Assembly: GCA_012522575.1 (NCBI GenBank)
Contig: JAAYKE010000071.1
Span: forward strand, 2,058 to 66,057
Origin: Armatimonadota bacterium
GTDB taxonomy: Bacteria > Armatimonadota > UBA5829
Direction: 5' to 3'
Length of the DNA: 64,000 nt
A program made the position numbers and the translations under genes. Below the pieces are notes generated by a model. The model was not told the DNA's origin, ran no database searches, and worked only from the letters and a program-made list of their open reading frames with translations. Below are positions 17,111 to 25,696 of this stretch, piece after piece (position 1 is the first letter of the stretch; each line of letters opens with the position of its first letter).

Positions 17111-18304
17111 ATGATAATCGAGGCTCGCGACGATACAATAACCCTGCGCGGGGAGGTGAAATCCAATTTATGGCCGGCGATCCAGGCGGCGGCGGCCCTG
17201 CTGTTGGAAAATCATCCCACCGGCATAATACTTGACGGATCAACCATAACAAAGATAACTCCCGAAGGCGCGGAGACGTTTTCAGACGCATTTGCGTTCA
17301 TTGCCGCGCATAATGCCCGGATTATGATGGTCGGCCTTACCGCCGAGGAGTTGGAAATCGGAAAAACCGTTCCCGGAGTGAGGTCACAACTGCCGATAGC
17401 GGCCACCATCGAAGAAGCGAGATATTCGCTGCAGCTTGGCGAGGCGACGCCGCACAGGGGCAAGGCGCAGACCGCCGGAGTGGTTCCCATGCTAGGCCAC
17501 TGGAAAAGAGCGGTCTATCTTGCCGACAAGCTCGCAATCGGGCTTAATTGTGAGATTCACCTGGTGGACCTTATAAAAGTTCCTCGGACATTGCCTCTCG
17601 GCAGCCCGCTGCCTGAGCGGGAGGAGGATGGACAGGCGCGGTTGAAAGAGGGGCAGGGACTGGTGCGCCAAACAGGTCTGACTAGCTTTACGCACGTCCA
17701 GCGCATTCGGTCAGGGGCTGAATTGGGCGAGTTTGCCGGGCGGCTCAATGCGGACTTTACGTTGATAAGCATCGATCACTGCCGGGACGATGGACTCAGA
17801 ATGGAGCAGTCTGAGGCTCTGGCGCTGCTCGAGGAGGCTCCCCTTGAGGTATCTATTATAAAAGGGTCCCCCGCGAATCCCGTTCAACCCCCTGTCAACG
17901 TTGTTGTTCCTGCTACGGGAGCGTGGAATCATGCGGTGCGCCACGCCTGCAAGCTTGTCGATGGAGAGCCGAACGCGCGGGTCACTCTGGTGTCTGTGAT
18001 CGCGATTCCTCGCAGCCAGCCTCTGGATACCCCTAAGCCCGATGCGGATGCGGCGGTGGCGGATTATGCGAAAGAGGCGGTTCGAATTGGCAAAAGGTAT
18101 GGAGTTGTTATAAACTCCGTTCTGGAAAGGGTTCGGGACCCCGTGCTGGGATTTCTGAAAATCGTAGAAGAAGGCAAGTTCGATCTGGCTGTTGTGGGAC
18201 TGAAACGAGAGACCCGCGGGGATTATCACATCTCCCATTCGATGGCCCTTATGCTTATCAACAAACTGCCCTGCGAGGTAATGTCTATCAGACAGGCGCG
18301 GTAA
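17111..18304 (+). CDS. STAS-like domain fused to two universal-stress (USP) domains
   Basis: The N-terminus (TITLRGEV..IILDGSTITKITPEG..IMMVGL..ATIEEA) fits a STAS pattern. Two USP-like repeats follow (IHLVDLIKVPRTLPL; VTLVSVIAIPRSQPL..FDLAVVG..LINKLPCEVM). Confidence 0.65.
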   Translation: MIIEARDDTITLRGEVKSNLWPAIQAAAALLLENHPTGIILDGSTITKITPEGAETFSDAFAFIAAHNARIMMVGLTAEELEIGKTVPGVRSQLPIAATIEEARYSLQLGEATPHRGKAQTAGVVPMLGHWKRAVYLADKLAIGLNCEIHLVDLIKVPRTLPLGSPLPEREEDGQARLKEGQGLVRQTGLTSFTHVQRIRSGAELGEFAGRLNADFTLISIDHCRDDGLRMEQSEALALLEEAPLEVSIIKGSPANPVQPPVNVVVPATGAWNHAVRHACKLVDGEPNARVTLVSVIAIPRSQPLDTPKPDADAAVADYAKEAVRIGKRYGVVINSVLERVRDPVLGFLKIVEEGKFDLAVVGLKRETRGDYHISHSMALMLINKLPCEVMSIRQAR

Positions 18305-18328
18305 ATCATAATTCACACTGGAGCGAAA

Positions 18329-19135
18329 GTGCAGGACAGAAATATCGACAAATCACGCATAAACGACGAGTATGAAGCTTTGGTCGAAACGGTTGCGCGT
18401 CTTCGTGCGCCCGATGGATGCCCGTGGGATCGCCAGCAGACGCATGCCTCTCTCAAAAAACACGCGGTAGAGGAGACCTACGAGGTGCTCGAAGCGATTG
18501 ACTCCGGCGATCCGGCGCGCCTTCAAGACGAACTCGGAGATATGCTGCTTCAAGTGCTGCTGCACGCTGAAATTGCAAGGGATGCCGGTCAATTTGATAT
18601 AGCCGACGTCTGCCGCACAATACGCAACAAACTGCACAGAAGACATCCCCATGTATTTGCCGATGTGCAGGTAGACGGGGTCGACGATGTTTTGCACAAC
18701 TGGGATCAGATTAAGCGCGCAGAACCGGAAAATCAGGATCGCAAATCAGCGCTCGATGGCGTCCCGAGAAACCTGCCCGCGCTTATGAGAGCGGCCAAAC
18801 TAAGCAAAAAGGCTGCCCAGACCGGCTTTGACTGGCCGGAAGTCTCCGCGATATTTGATAAACTGCGCGAGGAAACCATCGAGCTTGAACAGGCCATAGA
18901 GGATGCGGATAAGGATCAGGTGCGCTTTGAGATAGGGGATTTGTTGTTCACGATAGTAAACATCGCCAGACATCAGGACATAGACCCGGAGGACGCGCTT
19001 CGCGAAATGCTGGACAGGTTCGCGTTCAGGTTCGGGCGCATAGAACAACATGCGGCGGATTCAGGCAAAAATATATCCGATATGACTCTATCCGAAATGG
19101 ACGCCATCTGGGACAAGGCGAAAGATAGTCAATAG
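18329..19135 (+). CDS. mazG: Nucleoside triphosphate pyrophosphohydrolase MazG
   Basis: LRAPDGCPWDRQQTH, EETYEVLEAI, DELGDMLL, KLHRRHPHVF, GFDW, EIGDLLF. Confidence 0.95.
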   Translation: MQDRNIDKSRINDEYEALVETVARLRAPDGCPWDRQQTHASLKKHAVEETYEVLEAIDSGDPARLQDELGDMLLQVLLHAEIARDAGQFDIADVCRTIRNKLHRRHPHVFADVQVDGVDDVLHNWDQIKRAEPENQDRKSALDGVPRNLPALMRAAKLSKKAAQTGFDWPEVSAIFDKLREETIELEQAIEDADKDQVRFEIGDLLFTIVNIARHQDIDPEDALREMLDRFAFRFGRIEQHAADSGKNISDMTLSEMDAIWDKAKDSQ

Positions 19136-19207
19136 GCCGCGTTTCGAGCCAAACCTGCGCCGCAGCTTGCGCGGGAATTTGATTTGTGCGCAATGACACA
19201 ATATAGC

Positions 19208-19236
19208 TTGACTGTCGTAACGTCCGGTGTTACCAT
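19208..19236 (+). promoter_or_regulatory. Probable sigma70 promoter of the hdr-flx operon
   Basis: TTGACT-N17-TACCAT with TGn. Confidence 0.45.
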
Positions 19237-19291
19237 AAGATTGTGTGATACGTGAGAATGAAGTGTTCGGCAAGTTGTCGGGCAGTAATAC

Positions 19292-19876
19292 ATGGAGAGC
19301 ACGTTGAATCCTGATCCCAAAGAAACTACCTCCTCAATAAGCTCTATGAGCGCGTCGGTTGACTCCAACTTCAAACAAGAAATCCAGGCTATATGCGGTG
19401 AAAATGTGTTGAGCTGCTATCAATGCGGCGAATGCACCGCGGGCTGTCCGGTGGCTTTCAGTATGGATATCGCGCCTAACCAGGTCATTCGTATGGCGCA
19501 GTCCGGTTTGAAGGACGAAGTTTTGACAAGCTCCTCGATATGGTTGTGCGCCGGCTGTGAGACCTGCGCCACCCGTTGCCCTCGTGGAGTTGCTTTATCC
19601 AAAATTATGGATGCGTGCAGGCAGATTTCAGTTGCCCAGGACAAAGTCACTCCGGAGCAGAAAAATGTGCTCAAAATGCACGAGGAAATGCTGCGGCAGA
19701 TTAAAACATTTGGCCGGGTTCACGAGATCAGCATGATCGCAGCGTTCAAGATGCGCACCGGCAGGTTCTTCGACGATGTAATCTCCGGCATAAATATGTT
19801 TTTCAAGGGCAAACTGGGCCTGATTCCGGGGATTATCAAGGGCCGCAAGGAAGTTAAAGGGCTGTTTAGGAAGTAG
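19292..19876 (+). CDS. hdrC: Heterodisulfide reductase subunit C (2x[4Fe-4S])
   Basis: CYQCGECTAGCP and CAGCETCATRCP ferredoxin motifs, plus GRVHE. Confidence 0.92.
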   Translation: MESTLNPDPKETTSSISSMSASVDSNFKQEIQAICGENVLSCYQCGECTAGCPVAFSMDIAPNQVIRMAQSGLKDEVLTSSSIWLCAGCETCATRCPRGVALSKIMDACRQISVAQDKVTPEQKNVLKMHEEMLRQIKTFGRVHEISMIAAFKMRTGRFFDDVISGINMFFKGKLGLIPGIIKGRKEVKGLFRK

Positions 19877-19905
19877 GGCTTGTTATCGTCATTTGGGGTT
19901 TATAG

Positions 19906-20229
19906 GTGGCAACAAAAAAGCAGTTCTATGTGTATCTGTTGGCTAACAAATCCAGAACGCTTTATGTAGGCGTCACGAGCAATTTGACGAAACGTCTTTA
20001 CGAACACAAAAACAAGTTAATGCCCGGTTTTACCAGCAAATACTGTATAAATAGGCTAGTGTATTTTGAGGTGTGTGATTGGGCAGCAACTGCCATAGCT
20101 CGCGAAAAACAGATTAAGTCTTGGTCACGAGCAAAAAAGGTAGCTTTGATTGAGGAAAATAATCGTGTTTGGGCAGACCTCAGTGAGTATTGGTCGGAAA
20201 AAGCAGATTTCTCATTTCATTCGAAATGA
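19906..20229 (+). CDS. Small stand-alone GIY-YIG nuclease
   Basis: FYVYLLAN..TLYVGVTSNLTKRLYEHK..GFTSKY..RLVYFE..AIAREKQIKSWSRAKKVALIE. Confidence 0.92.
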   Translation: MATKKQFYVYLLANKSRTLYVGVTSNLTKRLYEHKNKLMPGFTSKYCINRLVYFEVCDWAATAIAREKQIKSWSRAKKVALIEENNRVWADLSEYWSEKADFSFHSK

Positions 20230-20323
20230 CGTTTTTGTTTGCTTTGAGGTCTATTAGGAGCTTGCTTATTGTCGATACGCGCTCACTTTTTGTCATTTCG
20301 AGCGTAGCGAGAAATCTGCTTTT
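20199..20323. repeat. Divergent pair of CGTC/TGTC REP-like palindromes next to the GIY-YIG gene
   Basis: The reverse complement of 20199-20231 is CGTCATTTCGAATGAAATGAGAAATCTGCTTTT; 20291-20323 is TGTCATTTCGAGCGTAGCGAGAAATCTGCTTTT. Confidence 0.88.
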
Positions 20324-20377
20324 GCGGCGTACAGCATTTTATATTGCTATTGACAACATATTACTAAGGACTGGCAA

Positions 20378-21265
20378 ATGAACTACGCATATTTCCCGGG
20401 CTGCAGCCTGGAGTCTACGGCTAAGGAGTTTCATCACTCCACTACTTTGGTAGCGAGTGCGCTGGGCATCGAGCTGCAGGAGATTCCGGACTGGAACTGC
20501 TGCGGGGCGACATCCGCGCATAATCTCGACCACGACCTGAGCATCTCCCTGCCGGCGCGTAATCTTGGGATCGCGGAGAGGATGAAGATGGATGTGGTGG
20601 CTCCGTGTGCGGCGTGTTACAATCGCATGCGTTCTGCCGAGGTCGAGCTTAAATCCAACGCGACTCTGCGCGATGATATCAACTCTAAACTGGAGAAAAA
20701 ATTCACCGGCCAGGTGACGGTGCTCTCCGCGCTGGAGGTGTTCACGCAGCCGGATGTGCTCCAAAAAGTGTCCGAAAACATACGCAAGCCGCTCAGCGGG
20801 CTAAAACCTGCGTGTTATTATGGTTGCCTGCTGGTTCGTCCGCCAAAAGTGATGGGATTTGACGACGCCGAGGAACCGATGAGCATGGATAAGGCTATGC
20901 AGACGGTTGGAGCGGAGCCGGTCGACTGGTTTTTTAAGAACGAATGCTGCGGGGCCAGCTTCGGCATATCCAAAAGCAGCATAGTTGCGGAATTGACCGG
21001 TAAGATCATATCCAACGCGAAGCAGCACGGCGCGAACTGCATAGTGACTGCCTGTCCGCTTTGTATGACCAACCTCGAAATGAGGCAGGCGGCGGCGGGC
21101 AAATTGCGCGGAGAAAATTTGACTATGCCGATTTTCTTCTTCACCGAACTGCTCGGTTTGGCGATGGAGGCTCCGGGCATAAAGAAGTGCTTTGCATCTC
21201 ATCTGGTCGATGTGAACCCGGCGCTGGATCTAATAGGCAGGGAGCCTGTCGAAGTAGAGAGCTGA
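20378..21265 (+). CDS. hdrB: Heterodisulfide reductase subunit B (CCG domains)
   Basis: YFPGCSL, DWNCCG, PCAACY, YYGCLL, ECCGAS, TACPLC. Confidence 0.93.
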   Translation: MNYAYFPGCSLESTAKEFHHSTTLVASALGIELQEIPDWNCCGATSAHNLDHDLSISLPARNLGIAERMKMDVVAPCAACYNRMRSAEVELKSNATLRDDINSKLEKKFTGQVTVLSALEVFTQPDVLQKVSENIRKPLSGLKPACYYGCLLVRPPKVMGFDDAEEPMSMDKAMQTVGAEPVDWFFKNECCGASFGISKSSIVAELTGKIISNAKQHGANCIVTACPLCMTNLEMRQAAAGKLRGENLTMPIFFFTELLGLAMEAPGIKKCFASHLVDVNPALDLIGREPVEVES

Positions 21266-21266
21266 G

Positions 21267-21488
21267 ATGCTGAATGGGATAAAACCTGAGAAAGCTATTC
21301 GAGCTTTTGAGAAAGCAGGGGGCGTAGTGAGGAAACGAGGTTCAGGAAGTCACGTAGTGATTAAAATGCCCAACGGGCAACTGATCTCGATTCCCGATCA
21401 CGGCGAAATAAAGTCGGGGTTGCTTCAGGCAGCGATTAGAAAAGCCGGTCTGACAACGGATGAATTTCTGAGTTTTCTCAGGAGCTAG
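21267..21488 (+). CDS. hicA: HicA-family toxin (mRNA interferase)
   Basis: 73 aa; AIRAFEKAG..RGSGSHV..ISIPDHGEIKSGLLQAAIRKAGL. Confidence 0.85.
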   Translation: MLNGIKPEKAIRAFEKAGGVVRKRGSGSHVVIKMPNGQLISIPDHGEIKSGLLQAAIRKAGLTTDEFLSFLRS

Positions 21489-21490
21489 CA

Positions 21491-21709
21491 ATGAACTACA
21501 CTATTTTGGTACATCCTGCTGAAGAAGGTGGCTACTGGACGGAGGTTCCCGGTTTGCCAGGCTGCTATTCGCAAGGGGAAACCGTTGAGCAAGCAATAGA
21601 ATATACGCGAGACGCAATAGAACTGATGCTGGAATGCCTGCGAGAAGATGGCGTGGAAGCAAAAGGGGACGATGGGCTGCTTATCGTAAGCGTTAATGTA
21701 GTGGCTTGA
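21491..21709 (+). CDS. hicB: Short HicB-family antitoxin
   Basis: YTILVHPAEEGGYWTEVPGLPGCYSQGETVEQAIEYTRDAI. Confidence 0.88.
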   Translation: MNYTILVHPAEEGGYWTEVPGLPGCYSQGETVEQAIEYTRDAIELMLECLREDGVEAKGDDGLLIVSVNVVA

Positions 21710-21769
21710 GAGCCTGAGTTTGACAGACAATACTGATAACTCCGGCGACAGTGTGTTGGAGGTACGGCC

Positions 21770-21985
21770 GTGAAATACACAGTGGTACTTGAACGTGAAG
21801 AAGATGGCGGTTACCATGCTTTTGCCCCGGCCTTGCAGGGGTGCCATAGCCAAGGGGATACTCTGGATGAGGTGAAAGCAAATATTCGAGAGGCGATTGA
21901 GCTATATTTGGAGAGCTTGAAAGCTGCCGGCGAGCCTTATCCTGATGATAACGTTCAAATATTGCCGGTTGAGGTAGCTGCGTGA
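21770..21985 (+). CDS. hicB: Short HicB-family antitoxin
   Basis: YTVVLEREEDGGYHAFAPALQGCHSQGDTLDEVKANIREAIELYL. Confidence 0.88.
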   Translation: MKYTVVLEREEDGGYHAFAPALQGCHSQGDTLDEVKANIREAIELYLESLKAAGEPYPDDNVQILPVEVAA

Positions 21986-22215
21986 GTCCGCGAATTCCGC
22001 GCGTGACCAGTGCTCAAGTCGAAACTGTCGCAAGAAGAGCAGGATTTCGACTCGATCGAACAAAAGGGGGACACGTCATCTATTTCCGCGATGCGGATAA
22101 GCGTCGTGTTGTAATCCCGGTACATAAAGGAAAAACCTTGAAACCGAAAACATTTGCAGGAATTGTTCGGGACATGGGCATTACGGTTGATGAGTTTAGA
22201 TCGCTGCTTAAGTAG
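21982..22215 (+). CDS. hicA: HicA-family toxin
   Basis: ARRAGFRLDRTKGGHVIY..RVVIPVHKGKTLKPKTFAGIVRDMG; 4-nt overlap with hicB. Confidence 0.87.
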   Translation: MSPRIPRVTSAQVETVARRAGFRLDRTKGGHVIYFRDADKRRVVIPVHKGKTLKPKTFAGIVRDMGITVDEFRSLLK

Positions 22216-22294
22216 TGTGAGAAACAATCCAGGCACTCTGCGCAATGGTGGCCGGGTGCTGCAATACTGATAACTAAGAAACAGAGAACTAACT

Positions 22295-24301
22295 ATGCGA
22301 ATTGGTGTTTTTGTTTGCTGGTGCGGGTCGAATATCGCTAAGACGGTCGATGTGGAGGCTGTTGCGGAAGCCGCAAGGAGCTTCCCGGGGGTCGTCTATG
22401 CGACGGACTACAAGTATATGTGCTCGGAACCGGGGCAGAATATGGTCGCGGAAGCTATTAAGGAGCACAACCTCGACCGCGTCGTTATCGCGTCGTGTTC
22501 GCCGAGGCTGCATGAGCCTACATTCCAGCGCTGCATCGGCGCGGCTGGACTGAACCCATATATGGTCGAGATGGCCAACATACGCGAGCAGTGCGCGTGG
22601 GTGCATGAGCGCACACCTGAGACCACCGAGAAAGCGATAGAGCTGACTCGAATGGCGGTGGCAAAGGTCGCTAAAAATGTGCCGCTGTTCCAAAACGATA
22701 TCGGCATCACCAAACGCGCATTGGTGATCGGCGGCGGCGTGGCGGGCATTCAGGCCGCTCTCGATATCGCCGACGCAGGCCATCCCGTGGTGCTGGTGGA
22801 GCGAACTCCATCCATCGGCGGAAGAATGGCTCAGTATGACAAAACATTCCCTACTCTGGACTGCGCTGCGTGTATTCTTACGCCCAAAATGGTCGACTGC
22901 GCCAGCCACCCGCTTATCGATATATGGGCTTACTCAGAGGTCGAAGAGGTCAACGGGTTCGTCGGCAACTTCGATGTCAAGATACGAAAAAAAGCCACCT
23001 GCGTCGATCCGAAGCTCTGCACGGGCTGCGGGCTGTGTTTGGAGAAGTGCATAGTCAAGAACGTGCCGAGCGAGTTTGACGAGGGCATGGGTCTGCGCCG
23101 GGCGATCTATCGTCCATTCCCGCAGGCGGTTCCGAATAAGCCCGTCATCGATCGCGAACACTGCCGGATATTCAACGGCGGCAAGTGCGGAGTCTGTCAG
23201 AAGGTATGTCCCACCGGTGCGATCAACTACGAGACCGTAGATGAAGTCGTCGAGGAGAAGTTCGGGGCGATAGTCGTCGCAACCGGCTTTGAGCTTTGGG
23301 ATCACTCTGCGATGGGCAACTACGGCTATGGAAAATATCCGGATGTGATCTCTGCGATACAGTTCGAGCGCATTATGAACGCATCCGGGCCGACCGATGG
23401 ACATATAACTCGACCATCCGACGGCAAGGTTCCAAAGTCGATCGCGTTTATTTCCTGCGTGGGCAGCCGAGATGAGGAGCACGGACACGCCTATTGCTCC
23501 AAGGTCTGCTGTATGTATAATGCAAAACAGGCTCTGCTGGTTAAAGATAAACTCCACGATGTTGAAACCCATGTTTTTTATATGGATATCAGGGCCAACG
23601 GCAAAGGCTACGAGGAGTTCGTCAAGCGCACCATTGAAGAGTATGGCGCAAATTATATCCGCGGTCGTGTGAGTAAGATTTACCCGGACGGGGATCAGTT
23701 GGTTGTCAAGGGCGCGGATACTCTGCTCGGCAGGCAGGTTGAAGTGCGCGTCGATCTGGTGGTGCTGGCCACGGCAATGCAGCCGCAGCGCGACGCCAAG
23801 GACCTCGCTCGAAAGCTCGGCATATCCACCGATGAATACAACTGGTTCAGCGAGGCGCACCCTAAGCTCAAGCCGGTCGAGGTGCTCACGGATGGGGTCT
23901 ACCTTGCCGGAGCCTGTCAGTATCCCAAGGATATCCCCGATACCGTCGCTCAGGCGTCAGGGGCGGCTTCCAAGGCAATTGGGCTGTTCAGCAAGGATCA
24001 TATCAAGAGCGAGCCTATGATAGCCAGCATCTACGAGGACACCTGCATCGGATGCGGCTTGTGCGTGGATGTATGTCCGTTCACTGCGATTGAGCTTGTC
24101 GAAGTAGTCGATAAAGAGCGCTCCACCCGCGATAATCAGGTCATGAAGACCGTCGCGAGGGTAAACGAGGGAATCTGCAAGGGCTGCGGAACCTGCTCGG
24201 CCGCGTGCCGATCGCTGTCGGCCAGGCTGCGTGGATTTGAAGGTTCAGGAATTCTGGCGCAGATCGATGCGCTGGCTGATATGGTGAAGGCGAAAAAGTA
24301 G
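22295..24301 (+). CDS. hdrA: Heterodisulfide reductase subunit A (bifurcating FAD/FeS protein)
   Basis: IGVFVCWCG, ASCSPRLHE, NIREQCAWVH, IGGGVAG, KTFPTLDCAAC, ISCVGSRD, CSKVCCMY, AGACQYPKDI, and a C-terminal ferredoxin. Confidence 0.96.
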   Translation: MRIGVFVCWCGSNIAKTVDVEAVAEAARSFPGVVYATDYKYMCSEPGQNMVAEAIKEHNLDRVVIASCSPRLHEPTFQRCIGAAGLNPYMVEMANIREQCAWVHERTPETTEKAIELTRMAVAKVAKNVPLFQNDIGITKRALVIGGGVAGIQAALDIADAGHPVVLVERTPSIGGRMAQYDKTFPTLDCAACILTPKMVDCASHPLIDIWAYSEVEEVNGFVGNFDVKIRKKATCVDPKLCTGCGLCLEKCIVKNVPSEFDEGMGLRRAIYRPFPQAVPNKPVIDREHCRIFNGGKCGVCQKVCPTGAINYETVDEVVEEKFGAIVVATGFELWDHSAMGNYGYGKYPDVISAIQFERIMNASGPTDGHITRPSDGKVPKSIAFISCVGSRDEEHGHAYCSKVCCMYNAKQALLVKDKLHDVETHVFYMDIRANGKGYEEFVKRTIEEYGANYIRGRVSKIYPDGDQLVVKGADTLLGRQVEVRVDLVVLATAMQPQRDAKDLARKLGISTDEYNWFSEAHPKLKPVEVLTDGVYLAGACQYPKDIPDTVAQASGAASKAIGLFSKDHIKSEPMIASIYEDTCIGCGLCVDVCPFTAIELVEVVDKERSTRDNQVMKTVARVNEGICKGCGTCSAACRSLSARLRGFEGSGILAQIDALADMVKAKK

Positions 24302-24345
24302 TATTGTCCAGCAAACGACGCCTGCCGGGCGTATGGGAGACAACT

Positions 24346-25176
24346 TTGACCAACAGAACGAGGATATTGGCGGCGACGATTGCGCTGGTAGCACTGGCGA
24401 TGCCGGCGATGGCAGCTTCAGATATTGTCCCCGCTGCCGCCGGCAATAAATGGACCTACGATTGCTACAAGTCTCTGATCGGGGCTATCATGTATCAGGG
24501 CAGGGTGATGACCTCCCTCAACGATATCAGCTTTGGCTCATCGGTCTATGAGGTTATTTCGTTGGATGAAAAGGCGAACCCGCCGACTTTCGAATATCGT
24601 GAATCCATAAACACGACCTCGTCGACCGGAGGAATGGGCAGTCAAAGCGTTATAGATATAAAATTTGCAAACACGCAACGTGGCCAGGAGATCGTCTCCA
24701 CCCGCCGCAGTTCCCCGACGTCCGATGACAGCGAACTGCAGGAATATGACCCGGCTCTGTTATACTATTTGCGTGATGTTGCGCCGGGCAAACAGTGGGC
24801 TGTAGGCACGATGAAAGATACTGATACCGAAGTGCCGATGAACGCGAAAGCAGTCGGCAAGGAAACCGTAACAGTGCCGGCGGGAACATTCAAAGACTGC
24901 CTCAAATTGGTCTATTTCAGCGACATAATCACGGGCAGCACCGAGATATGGGGAAAAGTTTTTAAGATGACCTCCGGACGCACGCGAGGGGTTTACTGGA
25001 TTGCCGACGGAGTGGGGATAGTCAAGGAACTGGAGATCGCGGAATCAATGGCGGAAACCGTCGGCCCCGACGGCAAAACGCCGATTCGGATAGAATCAGC
25101 TTCATGTGATGTCAGGGAGCTTAAACCGGGATTTGTCGTAAAGAGTGAGCGGTTGAAACCTGCCGCTGCAGACTGA
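24346..25176 (+). CDS. Hypothetical secreted protein (VTVPAGTF-motif type)
   Basis: Signal peptide ILAATIALVALAMPAMA; ETVTVPAGTFKDCLKL...YWIADGVGIVKE. Confidence 0.75.
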   Translation: MTNRTRILAATIALVALAMPAMAASDIVPAAAGNKWTYDCYKSLIGAIMYQGRVMTSLNDISFGSSVYEVISLDEKANPPTFEYRESINTTSSTGGMGSQSVIDIKFANTQRGQEIVSTRRSSPTSDDSELQEYDPALLYYLRDVAPGKQWAVGTMKDTDTEVPMNAKAVGKETVTVPAGTFKDCLKLVYFSDIITGSTEIWGKVFKMTSGRTRGVYWIADGVGIVKELEIAESMAETVGPDGKTPIRIESASCDVRELKPGFVVKSERLKPAAAD

Positions 25177-25184
25177 GGAACTAT

Positions 25185-25646
25185 ATGTCAGAAGAAACGA
25201 CCGTTTTAGCAGAAGAAAAGGATCAATCGGCAGAACCGCAAAAGTGGCAGCCGTCGATACTCGCCATATTGTGCAACTGGTGCAGCTATGCCGGGGCTGA
25301 CTTGGCCGGCAGCGCGCGCATGCAATACCCGGAAACGGTGCGCATAGTGCGAGTGCCGTGTTCGGGCAGAACCGACCCGATGTTTGTGCTCAAAGGCTTT
25401 CAGAGGGGTTTCGATGGCGTAATGGTGCTGGGCTGTCATCCCGGAGACTGCCACTATGCCAAAGGCAACTACTATGCGCGCCGAAGGATCGCCCTCACTC
25501 AGGATTTGCTGAAATCCCTCGGCATCGCTCCTGAGCGGTTCCATTTTGAGTGGGTATCGGCGTCGGAGGGAAATCGTTTCGCCGCGCTCATCAATGAGTT
25601 TACCCATAAGCTCGAAGAGCTTGGCCCGTTCGATGGCGTGGCCTGA
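25185..25646 (+). CDS. mvhD: MvhD/FlxD [2Fe-2S] subunit
   Basis: LCNWCSYAGAD, RVPCSGRTDP, DGVMVLGCHPGDCHY, EWVSASEG. Confidence 0.93.
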   Translation: MSEETTVLAEEKDQSAEPQKWQPSILAILCNWCSYAGADLAGSARMQYPETVRIVRVPCSGRTDPMFVLKGFQRGFDGVMVLGCHPGDCHYAKGNYYARRRIALTQDLLKSLGIAPERFHFEWVSASEGNRFAALINEFTHKLEELGPFDGVA

Positions 25647-25696
25647 AAATAATCAATGTCGATTTTTAACTATTAACATTAGTCGCGGGAAAATAT

